Assembly (NCBI GenBank): GCA_035527835.1
Contig: DATKZS010000196.1
Location: forward strand, 1,058 to 65,057
DNA from: a bacterium
GTDB lineage: Bacteria > RBG-13-61-14 > DATKZS01
Reading direction: 5' to 3'
DNA length: 64,000 bases
Part shown: positions 37,343-46,605 of the stretch, one piece after another
Numbering within the stretch: the stretch's first letter is position 1
How the letters are laid out: every line of letters begins with the position of its first letter
The notes under the pieces: model-generated
What the model was told of the DNA's origin: nothing
Database searches by the model: none
The model's input: the letters and a program-made list of their open reading frames with translations, nothing else
Position numbers and translations under genes: made by a program

Positions 37343-39940
37343 ATGAAGAAAAAACCCAAGCTGGTGGAGGTCGCAGTGGACGCCCGCCTCAACGCGCCCC
37401 TCACTTACGCCCTGCCCGGGACCATGGACCCCGCGGACCTGGCCGGAAGGCGCGTGATCGTGCCCCTCGGAAAAAGAAAGGTCACCGGGTACGTCATCGG
37501 CTTCCCCGAATCCGCGCCCGTGGCCCCGGCCGCCCTCAAAGAAGTGCTCTCCGTCCTCGACCCCGAGCCGCTGTTCGACCCGGCCATGCTCAAGCTCTTC
37601 CGCTTCGCCGCCCGCTATTATTTCCGGCCGCTCGGCGAGGTCATCAAGGCCGCATTGCCCGCCGGCATCAACACCGCCTCCCGCCGCGTCGTCACCATGA
37701 CCGGCGCCGGCGCCGCGCTGCTGACCACCGCCGACGCGGACGCAACCGATGACGGGGACGAGGAGCCCAAGCTGACTTCGGAAGAGCTTGCGCTGCTGGA
37801 GTCCATCTTCCGCGACGGCCCGATCGAGGCGGACAAGCTGATTGGGGGCGCGGCTGCCCTCAGCCGCGCCTGCTACCGCCGCCTGCTCGACCTCGGCCTC
37901 ATCAGCGAGGACCAGGCCCTGGCGCGCGCCCGCGTCAGCGAGAAAACCGAGACCGCGCTGGTCCTCGACCGCGCGCCCAACGATGACGACCTGGCGGCGC
38001 TGTCCCGCCGCGCCCCCGCCCAGGCCCGCCTGCTCCGCGAGCTCGCGCAAAAGGGATGCGTGACGCTCAAGGACCTGCGCGAGCGCTACCCTGACCCCGC
38101 CCGCATCGGCCGCGCCCTGGCCGGGGCCGGGCTCGCCAAGATGGTCAAGCTCCGCGCCTGCCGCGACCCGTTCTCCCTGGTCCTGCCCCTGGCCCCGCCG
38201 CCCGAGACCCTCATGCCCGAGCAGGAAGAAGCGGTCGCGGCGGTCAGCGCCGCCCTGGCCGCGCGCGAGTTCCGCGTCTTCATGCTGCAGGGCGTCACCG
38301 GCTCGGGCAAGACCGAGGTCTACCTCCGGTCCATCGCCCGGGCCGCCGAGCTGGGCCGCGGGGCCATCATGCTCGTGCCCGAGATCGCGCTCACGCCCCA
38401 GCTCATCTCGCGCTTCCGCCAGAAATTTCCGGCCGAGACCACCGCCGTGCTCCACAGCGCGCTCACGCCGGGCGAGCGCCACGACGAATGGTGGCGCATC
38501 AGGCGGGGCCAGGCATCCATCGTGATCGGCGCCCGCTCCGCGCTCTTCGCTCCGGTCAAGGACCTCGGCGTGATCGTGGTGGACGAGGAGCAGGACCCGG
38601 CCTACAAGCAGGACCGCGGCTTCATGTACAACGCCCGCGACCTGGCCGTCATGCGCGGCAAGGAGGAGCGCGCGGCCGTGGTGCTCGGATCGGCCACCCC
38701 TTCCATGGAAAGCGCCCACCGCGGACGGGCGCAAGGCGGCTATACGGTCCTCCACCTGCCCCGCCGGGTGGACGGATGCTTCATGCCCGGCGTGGAACTC
38801 GTGGACCTGCGCGCGCTCAAGAACGCACCATCGGCCGCCTCCATTACTGAGCTCAAGGTCAGAGACCGCGACCGCCTGGCCGCCGCCGAGCTCCTGTCAC
38901 CGCCCCTGCGCGACGCCATCGGCCAGGTCCTCAGCCGCGGCGAGCAGGCCGTGCTGTTCCTGAACCGGCGCGGCATCGCGTCGTTCCTCGTCTGCTTCGA
39001 CTGCGGCCGCCGCTTCGTCTGCCCCAACTGCGCCGTGAGCCTCACCCGCCACGGCGCGCCCACCGCCGGCAAGGTGGACCACTTCTACGGCGAGCCGGGA
39101 AACGGATACCTCCTCTGCCATTACTGCGGCTATCACGAGCCCGTGCCCCGCGTCTGTCCCCAGTGCCGCGGCGTGCGCGTCTTCCCCTTCGGAGTGGGCA
39201 CCGAGCAGATGGAGGCCGTGACCGCCGAGGCCTTCCCGTCCGCCCGCGTCATGCGCATGGACTCCGACGTGATGACCGGACGCGAGTCCTACTTCCGCCT
39301 GCTCGACCGCGTGTTCCGCCGCGAAGTGGACATCGTGGTCGGCACCCAGATGGTGGCCAAGGGACACGACCTGCCCGGCGTCACCCTGGTCGGCGTGCTG
39401 CTCGCCGACGTGTCGCTCAACGTCCCCGACTTCCGCGCCGGCGAGCGCACCTTCCAGATGCTCACCCAGGTCGCCGGCCGCGCCGGACGCGGCGCCGCGC
39501 CCGGACGCGTCATCATCCAGACCTTCCAGCCCGACCACTACGCCATCCGCCTGGCCGTGCACAACGACTTCGAAACGTTTTACGAGGAGGAGCTCAAGAT
39601 GAGGGAGGCGCTGTGGTACCCGCCGTTCGCGCGGCTGGCCAACCTCCGCATCTCCGGGCTCCAGGACGAGGCCGTGAAAAAGGCCGCGACGCTCGCCGGG
39701 TCCGCGGCCCGCGGAAGAGCCCGGTCAAAAATCTTCCGCGACCGCGTGCGCATCCTGGGCCCGGCCCGCGCGCCCATCGCCCGCATCAAGGGCAAAAGCC
39801 GCTGGATGATGATGATCAAAGCCGACACGCCCCAGATCATGTCCGCCTTCTGCGAGACGCTCTCCGCCTCGCTCCGCGACAAGTCCGTCCCCGCCTCCGT
39901 GCGCGTCGAAATTGACCGCGACCCGGTCTTTCTGCTGTAA
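37343..39940 (+). CDS. priA: primosomal protein N' (replication restart helicase PriA)
   Basis: Walker A GVTGSGKT, DEAH-like VVDEEQD. Cys-rich zinc-binding region (CFDCGRRFVCPNC...CHYCGY...CPQCRG). C-terminal winged-helix region. Confidence 0.93.
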   Translation: MKKKPKLVEVAVDARLNAPLTYALPGTMDPADLAGRRVIVPLGKRKVTGYVIGFPESAPVAPAALKEVLSVLDPEPLFDPAMLKLFRFAARYYFRPLGEVIKAALPAGINTASRRVVTMTGAGAALLTTADADATDDGDEEPKLTSEELALLESIFRDGPIEADKLIGGAAALSRACYRRLLDLGLISEDQALARARVSEKTETALVLDRAPNDDDLAALSRRAPAQARLLRELAQKGCVTLKDLRERYPDPARIGRALAGAGLAKMVKLRACRDPFSLVLPLAPPPETLMPEQEEAVAAVSAALAAREFRVFMLQGVTGSGKTEVYLRSIARAAELGRGAIMLVPEIALTPQLISRFRQKFPAETTAVLHSALTPGERHDEWWRIRRGQASIVIGARSALFAPVKDLGVIVVDEEQDPAYKQDRGFMYNARDLAVMRGKEERAAVVLGSATPSMESAHRGRAQGGYTVLHLPRRVDGCFMPGVELVDLRALKNAPSAASITELKVRDRDRLAAAELLSPPLRDAIGQVLSRGEQAVLFLNRRGIASFLVCFDCGRRFVCPNCAVSLTRHGAPTAGKVDHFYGEPGNGYLLCHYCGYHEPVPRVCPQCRGVRVFPFGVGTEQMEAVTAEAFPSARVMRMDSDVMTGRESYFRLLDRVFRREVDIVVGTQMVAKGHDLPGVTLVGVLLADVSLNVPDFRAGERTFQMLTQVAGRAGRGAAPGRVIIQTFQPDHYAIRLAVHNDFETFYEEELKMREALWYPPFARLANLRISGLQDEAVKKAATLAGSAARGRARSKIFRDRVRILGPARAPIARIKGKSRWMMMIKADTPQIMSAFCETLSASLRDKSVPASVRVEIDRDPVFLL

Positions 39941-39997
39941 TACGCCGCGCATCATCGGCGCCTACCCTGTTCCCGCGATCATGTTATAAAATAATGG

Positions 39998-41260
39998 GTG
40001 ATGAAGACCGGCGGAAAAAGCCTGTGGCTGCACGTCTGGCACGCGTCCATGCTGATCGCCGCCATCGCCATCATCGCGCGCTACGACGTGATCGAGGCCG
40101 GGAGCTCGGTCCGGCGCCAGCCGACCCTCCCCGAGCTGCAGGCCGTCCTCACCGGAGGCGTCAACGCCGCGCGCGAAGACCGGCCCATCCCGCACTACCA
40201 GGGCGCGGTGGAGAGCGGCAACGCCGCCACTCCGGCGGCGGCCGTGTCCACCACGGCGCTTCCGCCCGCGGTCAAGGGCTACGTGGACGAGATCAACGCG
40301 CTGGTGGCGGTGGACAACACCGGGACCATCCGCGGCGTCAAGATCATCGCCGACCGCGAGACGCCGGAGTACATGCGGCGCGTGCTCGACGCCGGGTTCC
40401 TTGGCCGCTTCATCGGCAAGAGCGTGGCCGGAGGGCAAGGCACCGGCAAGATTGACGCCGTGACCGGCGCCACCATCACCGCCGCCGCCATCCGCGACGA
40501 CGTGTCCGCCGCCGCCGCCATCGCCGCCACCCGGCTCTATGGCCTCTCCGCGCCCGCGCCCGTCATGCTTTCATGGGCCACGGCATTTACCAGCCCGGCG
40601 ATCATCCTGTGCCTTTGCGCGCTGGCCCTCGCGCTCTGGGCCCGCTTCGGCAAGTGGCCCAGGCGTGGGAGGCGGGAGGCGGCGTGGATTGTCTCCATCA
40701 TCGTGATCGGCGTTTACGCCATGACGCCCTACACCCTCGTCCATACCTGCCAGCTGCTGAAGCTCAATTTCCCGGGGCCGGCCAACGCTTTACTCCTGGT
40801 CCTCGCCTCCTACGTCCTCGTCACCACCCTGCTCGCGGGCCCGCTCTGGTGCGCGTACTCCTGCCCCTTCGGAGCGCTCGAGGAATTATTGGCCAAGCTC
40901 CCGGTCAAGCGCTGGAAGGTGAGCCCGCGCGTCATGACGTGGGCGCGGGAGATGAGATACCTCACGCTGTTCACGGCCATCGCGGGAGTGTTCGGTCTCG
41001 GCGTCCACGCCTTTGCCGACGTCGAGCCGTTCGGGCATCTCTTCGGCCGCTCGCATAATCCCGCGGCCTGGGCCTTTATCGCGGCGGCGCTCTTCGGCGC
41101 GGTGTTCGTGAAGCGGTTCTGGTGCCGCTTCTTCTGCCCGACCGGCGCGTGCCTCATCATCCTCTCGTCCCATCGGCGCCTGCTCCGGTCGGTGGGTCGC
41201 GGCGTTGACGACGCGGGCATTGACCGCCCGGACGAGGAAAGGCGGGAGCAAGGAGAATAA
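39998..41260 (+). CDS. FMN-binding-domain membrane protein of the NosR/NapH/MauN polyferredoxin type
   Basis: Periplasmic FMN_bind motif DAVTGATIT (flavinylation threonine). Polytopic C-terminal half with CxxxCP and CxxCxxGxC motifs. Confidence 0.6.
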   Translation: MMKTGGKSLWLHVWHASMLIAAIAIIARYDVIEAGSSVRRQPTLPELQAVLTGGVNAAREDRPIPHYQGAVESGNAATPAAAVSTTALPPAVKGYVDEINALVAVDNTGTIRGVKIIADRETPEYMRRVLDAGFLGRFIGKSVAGGQGTGKIDAVTGATITAAAIRDDVSAAAAIAATRLYGLSAPAPVMLSWATAFTSPAIILCLCALALALWARFGKWPRRGRREAAWIVSIIVIGVYAMTPYTLVHTCQLLKLNFPGPANALLLVLASYVLVTTLLAGPLWCAYSCPFGALEELLAKLPVKRWKVSPRVMTWAREMRYLTLFTAIAGVFGLGVHAFADVEPFGHLFGRSHNPAAWAFIAAALFGAVFVKRFWCRFFCPTGACLIILSSHRRLLRSVGRGVDDAGIDRPDEERREQGE

Positions 41261-41941
41261 ATGGAGACTGACCTGCTGGCGGGATTGGAGAGGCCTTGTT
41301 GCGTGATGACGATTTTCCCGCACCCGGACGACGAGAGCTTTGCCGCGGGCGGGGTCATGGCGCTTTATTTCCGCGACCCGGGGGTGCGGACGGTGTCGCT
41401 GTGCCTGACCAAGGGCGGCAAGAGCGAGGCCATGAAGAAGGCGGGGCTGCCGCAGGAGCGGGAGACGGTGATCCGCGAACATGAGTATATGGCGGCCACG
41501 GCGGTCCTGGGCATTGGCCGGCCCATGATCTGGGACTACGGCGACCAGGAGCTCGCGAACGCTCCCGCCGGCGAGGTCAAGGGCCGGATCGTGGAGGCGA
41601 TGAAGGAGAACGCGGCGGACGTGGTCATCACCTACGGACCGGAAGGCATCACCGGGCACGTGGACCACCTGTTCTGCTCGCGCGTGGTTGAAGAGGCGTC
41701 CCGGGAGGCTCGGGTGAAGAGGCTTTTCATGGTGAGCGCTCCCGAGCGGATGGCGCGCCTCATGATCGGGCAGAGGGTTTTACCCCCGACTCATGCCGTT
41801 GACGTGCGGCGGGTCTACCCGGTCAAGATGCTGGCGCTCAAGGCGCACGCCAGCCAGATGCTGGTCTCGCGCCAGCCCATGCTGTGGGTGGGAGTGGTGA
41901 TGCGGATGTACGGGAAAGAGTATTTTCACCGGGCGATCTAA
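41261..41941 (+). CDS. PIG-L/LmbE-family N-deacetylase
   Basis: IFPHPDDES motif at the N-terminus and an HxDH motif. Start overlaps the upstream stop (TAAATG). Confidence 0.85.
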   Translation: METDLLAGLERPCCVMTIFPHPDDESFAAGGVMALYFRDPGVRTVSLCLTKGGKSEAMKKAGLPQERETVIREHEYMAATAVLGIGRPMIWDYGDQELANAPAGEVKGRIVEAMKENAADVVITYGPEGITGHVDHLFCSRVVEEASREARVKRLFMVSAPERMARLMIGQRVLPPTHAVDVRRVYPVKMLALKAHASQMLVSRQPMLWVGVVMRMYGKEYFHRAI

Positions 41942-41984
41942 GATAAGTATTTAGTATCTAGTATATAGTATTTAGCGGGGCGAG

Positions 41985-42752
41985 TCACAGCCGCTCAAAA
42001 CTTTTCGCTTCCACCCATCCGCTGAAGCCGCCGGGAGCTGATACGTTGCACCAGCCGCGGTCGCACTGAGCGACGGTGACGTCAATGCCCGAGACCAGGT
42101 CGAAGAGCGCGGCGTTCTCGTCTCCCGGGCCCGAGTGCGCCGTTACCTTTTCCGCGACGATCACGCCGCGCGGCGTGAACACGTCGCGCTTGATCCGGGT
42201 GGCGGCGAACGGCAGGGTGATGACCAGGGCGGCGGCCGCTATATAAAGCGCGAGGCGTGACGCCTCCCGCGCCCTTCCTCTGGCGACGATCATGGCGATG
42301 GCGGCGAGGGCCAGGGCCCAGTAGGCGGCGAGCGCGGCGGCGGTCCATTCGCTCGCGCTGAGATATTCCACGGCCGCGTTGAAGGCGCGGGTGAACGGGC
42401 CTTGCGGCAGCTCGGGCAGGCGCGCGGTGATCATTGCCCGCGCGTAGGCCAGGTTGAACCTGAGGTCGGGGTCGCGGGGCTCGAGCCGCTGGGCGCGCAA
42501 ATAATCTCCCACCGCGCGTCCCAGCTCGCCGCTCTTGAGCTCGGCGTTGCCCAGGTTGAAATAGAGGTCCGCGTTGCCCGCCCCGGCCTCCAGCGCCTTC
42601 CCGTACGCTTCCCGCGCCTCCGCGAACCTGCCCTGCTGATACAGGGCGTTGCCCTGGTTGTACAGGGCCGCGGCCGAGGTGCCGGCGTGCAGAGCCGCAG
42701 GCGCGAGAGTGAGCGCGGCGAGCAGAGCGATGATGGCGCGGGCCTTGCTCAC
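41985..42752 (-). CDS. batE: TPR plus SH3b-domain protein, BatE-like
   Basis: TPR repeats followed by a C-terminal SH3b-like segment (GWCNVSAPGGFSGWV). Likely GTG start at 42752 overlapping the batD stop (GTGA) with a GGAGAA Shine-Dalgarno. The track ORF extends further. Confidence 0.65.
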   Translation of the reverse strand: MSKARAIIALLAALTLAPAALHAGTSAAALYNQGNALYQQGRFAEAREAYGKALEAGAGNADLYFNLGNAELKSGELGRAVGDYLRAQRLEPRDPDLRFNLAYARAMITARLPELPQGPFTRAFNAAVEYLSASEWTAAALAAYWALALAAIAMIVARGRAREASRLALYIAAAALVITLPFAATRIKRDVFTPRGVIVAEKVTAHSGPGDENAALFDLVSGIDVTVAQCDRGWCNVSAPGGFSGWVEAKSFERL

Positions 42753-44539
42753 TTGCCGTTCTCCTTTTCCAGCCTCAGGATCAGGGCCTGGGCCCGGTCC
42801 AGGAGCTTGGCCGCGCCTTCCGCGCCCAGCGTGCCGGGCATGAACCGGGCGCGGTCGCATTCGGAGAGCACCGCTTCCGCCTCCTTGGCCACCTCCTCGC
42901 TTATGCCGGCGCGGTCGAGGCTCACGGCGGCGTCGGCGGTGGTCATGCCGGAGTCGGGCAGGTTGAGCCGGTCCGCGATGTAGCCGGCGAGCGCGCGGTG
43001 AATGAGCGCGTAGGCCGGGGCCGGGTCATTGGCCCTGGCCGCGGCCCGGGCCTCCTTGACCGCCTTCCTGCTTCTTTTCATGGCCCGGCTCTTGCGGGCA
43101 AAGGCCACGTCGCGGAGCAGCTTGTCGCTCCTTCTCCTGAGCCCGAAGGCGAGGGCCACGGCGGCGAGCGGCGCGAGCTGGGCCGCGGCGAAGAGGGGCG
43201 AGCTCATGATCCAGAGGCGCTGCTCGTTGAGGTCAGCGCGGTCGGGCTTGATGTAGCGCAGGTCCTTGCCCACGGTCCGGATCACGGCGGGCTCCTGGCC
43301 GGCCTCGCTCTGGGCCGCGGGCGCGGCGGCGCCGGTGACGGAGAGCTTGATGCGCGCGCTTTGCGTGGTCCGATACCTCCCGGTCTCGGGGTCGAAGTAG
43401 GAGAAGGCAAAGGGCGGGAGCTCGTAAGTCCCGGGCTGGTGCGGCACGATGATCATCTTGAAGTGGCGCACCCCGAGGGCCATGCCTTTTTCCTGGGTGG
43501 TCTGTTTTTCCACGGCCTCGGTATAGAGGTCGAAGTCGGAGGAGAGGGCGGCTTCAGGCTTGGGCAGATAGTCCGGGTGCGCGGTGCCCTCGACGGTCAT
43601 GGTGAACTTGAACTGCTCGTTGGCCTTGACGGAGCCGGCGTTGCGGTCGAGGCTGATCTTGAACTGGCCCACGGCCCCGCTGAAGTCCGCGGGCCTGCCC
43701 TGCTCCGGCAGCGGCTTCACCTTCACGGCCACCGGCGCTGACGCCACGGTTCGCTGGTCCAGGGCCACCTGGCCGAAGAAATCGCGCTCGCCGGTGGGCA
43801 CTCCGTAGGTGATGACCAGCGGATCAATCACGGCGTTGCCGGCCTTGATCGGGAACAGCGCCATTCCCTTCAAGTAAGCCACCTGCCAATTAACGCCGGC
43901 AAAATTTTTGGTGACGGGGTCCAGTTGCGATACGGTGCCCAGGTCCTCGGACACGAATTCGCCCGCCGTGGGCACCTGGGCCAGGCCGGCATTGCGGAAG
44001 GGCCTGCGGTAATAGATGTACCAGGAGGCCACGATCTGCTCGCCCACGTAGGCCTCGCTCTTGTCGAGCTTGAGCTCGAGGTAAGGGTCGGCCGGGGGCT
44101 GCCAGGCCGTTCCGCCCGGCTCCACGCCCGGGCCCGACGGCTCCATGACCTGGACGGTGATCGCGTCGCTTTGCACCAGCGCCCCGCCCACGCGGTAGCG
44201 GATGGGAGGGATGGTGACGGTCCCGGCCTGCTTGGCCTGGAAATAGAGCTTCATGCCGAGCGACCCGGAGCGCGTGATGGAGCCGTTGATGATCTGCATG
44301 CTGGTCTGCGCAAACGGGCCCTGGCTGTTCACGAGCCAGAGGTAGGGCATAAGGTCCGGCGCCGGGAACGGCCCGTTGTTCTCGACGTTTGGTCCCTGCA
44401 GGTTCACGGACAGGACCATCTGCTCGCCCACGAACAGGCGCGAGCGGTCAACGCTGGCCGTGAGCGTGGGCGAGCGTGGCTGCGCCAGCACCACGGCCGG
44501 CGCCAGCAGCGCGAGCAGGAAAACCGCGGCCTTCCTCAC
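42749..44539 (-). CDS. batD: BatD-like oxygen-tolerance protein
   Basis: Signal peptide. Roughly 400-aa periplasmic region with a repeated beta-rich domain. TM helix. Cytoplasmic tail. Operon position after the TPR gene. Confidence 0.7.
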   Translation of the reverse strand: MRKAAVFLLALLAPAVVLAQPRSPTLTASVDRSRLFVGEQMVLSVNLQGPNVENNGPFPAPDLMPYLWLVNSQGPFAQTSMQIINGSITRSGSLGMKLYFQAKQAGTVTIPPIRYRVGGALVQSDAITVQVMEPSGPGVEPGGTAWQPPADPYLELKLDKSEAYVGEQIVASWYIYYRRPFRNAGLAQVPTAGEFVSEDLGTVSQLDPVTKNFAGVNWQVAYLKGMALFPIKAGNAVIDPLVITYGVPTGERDFFGQVALDQRTVASAPVAVKVKPLPEQGRPADFSGAVGQFKISLDRNAGSVKANEQFKFTMTVEGTAHPDYLPKPEAALSSDFDLYTEAVEKQTTQEKGMALGVRHFKMIIVPHQPGTYELPPFAFSYFDPETGRYRTTQSARIKLSVTGAAAPAAQSEAGQEPAVIRTVGKDLRYIKPDRADLNEQRLWIMSSPLFAAAQLAPLAAVALAFGLRRRSDKLLRDVAFARKSRAMKRSRKAVKEARAAARANDPAPAYALIHRALAGYIADRLNLPDSGMTTADAAVSLDRAGISEEVAKEAEAVLSECDRARFMPGTLGAEGAAKLLDRAQALILRLEKENGK

Positions 44540-45285
44540 CAGTCCTTCTCCTTGCCCCGCTGCTGGGGCTGATATGACTCCATGAATTTCTTCATGTCCT
44601 CTTCTTCGCTCTGCTGCACGGCCTGCAACAGCCGCTTGGCTTCTTCCTCGCTGATCTTGCCCTGTTCCCGGGCCGAGCCCGCGGGCTTGGCCTCCTCATC
44701 CGGCTTCTGCTGCTGCTCCGCGGTCGAGCCGGCGGCGGGCTCAGGTTCTTGATTGGGTTCCGGCTTCTTCTCCTGGCCCTGCTGGTTTTGCTGATTCTGC
44801 TGCCCTTGCTGGTTCTGGGGCTTAGGCTGTTGCTGTTGTTTCTTCAGCTTGATGTTGCGGCGCACCACCTCGATGTTGAACTTGGCGTCCTGGTCATCGG
44901 GATTGATTTGCAGGGCGTTCTGGTAGTTCTCCACGGCCTTTTCCAGCGTCTCGATCTTCTGCTCCTTCATGCCCTGCTTGAAGTAGACGTTGCCCAGGTT
45001 GTAATAGGCCTGCTCGCGCACTTCCGGGTCGGCGGCGGCCAGGGCCTGATCATACTCCTTTTGGGCCTCGTCGTAATTGCCTTCCTTGTAAAAGGTGTCG
45101 CCGATGTTGAAATGGAGGCGATAGCTCTCAGAGCTTTTTTCGTCGCTCATGTCCTTGGCCCGCATGTAGCCGGCGCGGGCGAGGTCGTACTTTCCCTGGT
45201 TGAAGAGGTCAGTGCCCTGGGAGGCGGCGCGGCCCATGCGGTAGTAGTCCACGAAGTCCTGCTCGGCGCGGGCGGGAAAGGACAT
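44536..45285 (-). CDS. batC: TPR-repeat protein, BatC-like, with Q/N-rich tail
   Basis: TPR repeats (YNLGNVYFKQG etc.). Start is uncertain: the 345-aa track ORF reaches 45573 (ATGA overlap with batB), but its first 100 codons are encoded by a palindromic repeat element. Confidence 0.65.
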   Translation of the reverse strand: MSFPARAEQDFVDYYRMGRAASQGTDLFNQGKYDLARAGYMRAKDMSDEKSSESYRLHFNIGDTFYKEGNYDEAQKEYDQALAAADPEVREQAYYNLGNVYFKQGMKEQKIETLEKAVENYQNALQINPDDQDAKFNIEVVRRNIKLKKQQQQPKPQNQQGQQNQQNQQGQEKKPEPNQEPEPAAGSTAEQQQKPDEEAKPAGSAREQGKISEEEAKRLLQAVQQSEEEDMKKFMESYQPQQRGKEKDW

Positions 45286-45441
45286 CAGCAACAGGACCGC
45301 AAGACCGGTGAATAATATTACTGCCGAGAGCGATGAATGACCGTGGCAGGTGGAGCCCGACACTCCTGTCGGGCGGTGTCTGCTTGGTTGAGATGGTCCG
45401 GGGACAGGAGTGTCCCCGCCACCACTGTGGCAATCTCGGCC

Positions 45442-45524
45442 GTCCCTGCCGGGACTTAAGGGTTTCTTATGTCCACATTCCCAGGAATAAATTCCCGGGC
45501 TATTCTCGGCTGTCCCTCCGGGAC
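45442..45524. repeat. GTCCC-CGGGAC palindromic element, copy 3 (between batB and batC)
   Basis: GTCCCTGCCGGGAC ... CCCAGGAATAAATTCCCGGG ... GTCCCTCCGGGAC. Confidence 0.7.
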
Positions 45525-45569
45525 AAAAAATGTCCGAACCCCGGGTTAATTTATTTCCGTTGCATACCC

Positions 45570-46598
45570 TCATTTGTTTTTTCGCCTCCTCCCGTCAGGT
45601 ATCACGGCTTCGAGCATGAGGCAGGCGATGGCGATGGCGACGAACCACTGGAAGCGGTCCTCGTAGTGGACCTGGTACTGCTCCTCGAAGGTCTTCTTCT
45701 CCATGCCCGCGATGCCGGCGTAGATGTCCGCGAGCTCGGTCCCGGAGGCGCGGTTGTCGAGGCGGCGGTACTTGCCGTCGCCGGCCAGCGCGATCTTGCG
45801 GAGCGTGTTCTCGTCGAGCTTCGTGATCACCACCTTGCCCTGGCGGTCGGTCTTGTCCACCGTGCCGTTCGGCGTTTCCAGCGGTATGGGCGCGCCCTCG
45901 GTCCGGCCCACGCCGACCGTATAAATCACCGCGCCGTCCTGGTGCAGGTCCCCGGCGACCTTGACCGGGTCCTTGCCCTCCCGGCCTTGCTCCAGGTTCT
46001 CGCCGTCGGTGATCAGGATGATGACCTTGTGCTTGTTGGTGCTCCGGTCGAAGTTCTTGGCGGCCTCTTCGAGCGCGTCGGGGATGTCGGTTCCGGGCTC
46101 GGGCACGGACTTCTCGTCAATGATGTCGAGGAACATGCGGGCGGCGTCGTAGTCGAGGGTGAGGGGGCACATGGTGAAGGCGGCGCCGGAAAACACGACG
46201 ATCCCGATGCGGTCACCCTTCATCAGCTCGACGAGCTTTTGGATGGCGTTCTTGGCCTTGGCCAATCTGGCGGGGGCCACGTCCTGGGCCAGCATGGAGG
46301 CCGAGGTGTCGAGCACCACCACCACGTCCACGCCCTTGCGCTCGATCTTCTCGCGCGTGGCTCCCCATTGCGGCGCGGCCAAGGCCAGAACGATGAAGCA
46401 CACCGCGACGAGGACCAGCAGCGCCTTGGCCGCGCGGCCGCGCATGGACACGGCCATGCCCGCGCGCATGAGCAGCTCCGGGTTGCCGAAGCGCCCGAGC
46501 GCGCGCCGTCCCATCCGCATGGCGGCCAGAAAAAATATCGCGAGCGCGGGCGCGAGCAGGAGCAGGTAGAGCCGCTCCGGATGCGCGAAGTTAATCAT
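45570..46598 (-). CDS. batB: von Willebrand factor A domain protein, BatB-like
   Basis: vWA MIDAS motif VVVLDTSASM and an N-terminal TM segment. Confidence 0.8.
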   Translation of the reverse strand: MINFAHPERLYLLLLAPALAIFFLAAMRMGRRALGRFGNPELLMRAGMAVSMRGRAAKALLVLVAVCFIVLALAAPQWGATREKIERKGVDVVVVLDTSASMLAQDVAPARLAKAKNAIQKLVELMKGDRIGIVVFSGAAFTMCPLTLDYDAARMFLDIIDEKSVPEPGTDIPDALEEAAKNFDRSTNKHKVIILITDGENLEQGREGKDPVKVAGDLHQDGAVIYTVGVGRTEGAPIPLETPNGTVDKTDRQGKVVITKLDENTLRKIALAGDGKYRRLDNRASGTELADIYAGIAGMEKKTFEEQYQVHYEDRFQWFVAIAIACLMLEAVIPDGRRRKNK

Positions 46599-46605
46599 GC
46601 GGTCC

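Noticed and set aside
44536-45573. Full 345-aa BatC ORF starting at 45573
   Set aside because: The first 100 codons coincide with a dispersed palindromic repeat. Kept as an alternative, but the called CDS uses the internal start, with low confidence.
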